In this document: piece after piece, positions 32,535 to 33,008 of the stretch
How the letters are laid out: the number at the start of each line of letters is the position of its first letter
Position numbering within the stretch: the first letter of the stretch is position 1
Assembly: GCA_040143965.1 (NCBI GenBank)
Contig: JASJQH010006954.1
Location: 1 to 33,008, forward strand
Reading direction: 5' to 3'
DNA length: 33,008 nt
Origin: Basidiobolus ranarum
Taxonomy: Eukaryota
Position numbers and translations under genes: made by a program
Notes under the pieces: model-generated
Databases searched by the model: none
Seen by the model: the letters and a program-made list of their open reading frames with translations, nothing else
What the model was told of the DNA's origin: nothing

Positions 32535-32661
32535 TGTTGGATAATTAATCTTTATTCAACATCATAGTTAACTTAAGTTATGATACATATATCAGAAACA
32601 GAAAGCAACATATTTATAGCCCCTATATTCTAAATATGGATATCTCTATATCTATACAACA
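32535..32661 (-). mobile_element. Candidate short (127-bp) LTR
   Basis: Bounded by TGTTG...CAACA inverted termini. Read on the minus strand it contains TATAAATA followed by AATAAA. No target-site duplication seen. Confidence 0.35.
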
Positions 32662-32832
32662 AGTATGTCTTATTATCCCCACTTATCTATTATATCTTAT
32701 GACACAAACTCCTGAATATCTCAAACAATTGATTTACTTTTCTACTATATTAGTCACCATATACTCATAAGAATAAAGTAACTAAAACACACTATCATAA
32801 GTTGCTTCTAATACACAAAGTCTACCCCTATT

Positions 32833-33008
32833 ATGTCAAGATCCTCCAACTTGGTAGCAGCAAGTGAATTAGAGTCTTCTTCCCAAAAGGAGATTCCCAA
32901 TATTCCAACATTCAATGGGGAAGATTTCCATGAATGGAAATTCAAGATACAACTTGTGCTTGAAGGGAAACATGTCTGGGAAGTAGTTCAACCAGATGAA
33001 GAAGAAGA
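32833..33008 (+). mobile_element. Ty1/copia LTR retrotransposon gag N-terminus (runs off the window)
   Basis: MSRSSNLVAASELESSSQKEIPNIPTFNGEDFHEWKFKIQLVLEGKHVWEVVQPDEEE fits the copia gag N-terminal pattern F(D/N)GxxYxxWxxxMxxxLxxxxLWxxV. Confidence 0.75.

Overview
Eukaryotic nuclear DNA with short spliceosomal introns. It is most consistent with an early-diverging fungus (fungal-type histone H4, Zoopagomycota/Basidiobolus-like gene style; the taxon is inference only). A gene-dense island (~2.9-31.4 kb) is flanked by CpG-depleted transposon debris, including the start of a Ty1/copia gag at the right edge and related LTR-like remnants at both ends. Genes: a small charged-repeat protein, Xaa-Pro dipeptidase, histone H4, two single-TM hypothetical proteins, a secreted GxxxG-repeat protein, a 3R-Myb + C2H2 zinc-finger transcription factor, a Ybp1/ALF4/glomulin-family protein, a multicopper-oxidase-like protein, UNC-50/Gmh1, a 2248-aa Ki-67-like protein, Gemin2 and a CASTOR-like ACT protein. 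Best leads: (1) a fungal Ki-67-architecture protein (FHA, duplicated PP1-docking module, FKELFQTP-like motifs, acidic repeats, basic tail) with forkhead/CCAAT sites upstream; (2) a multicopper oxidase that keeps the type-1 copper ligands but has lost four of the eight trinuclear-cluster histidines; (3) a CASTOR homolog with Ala at the D304-equivalent arginine-binding position. Exon boundaries were read by eye and no database searches were run.
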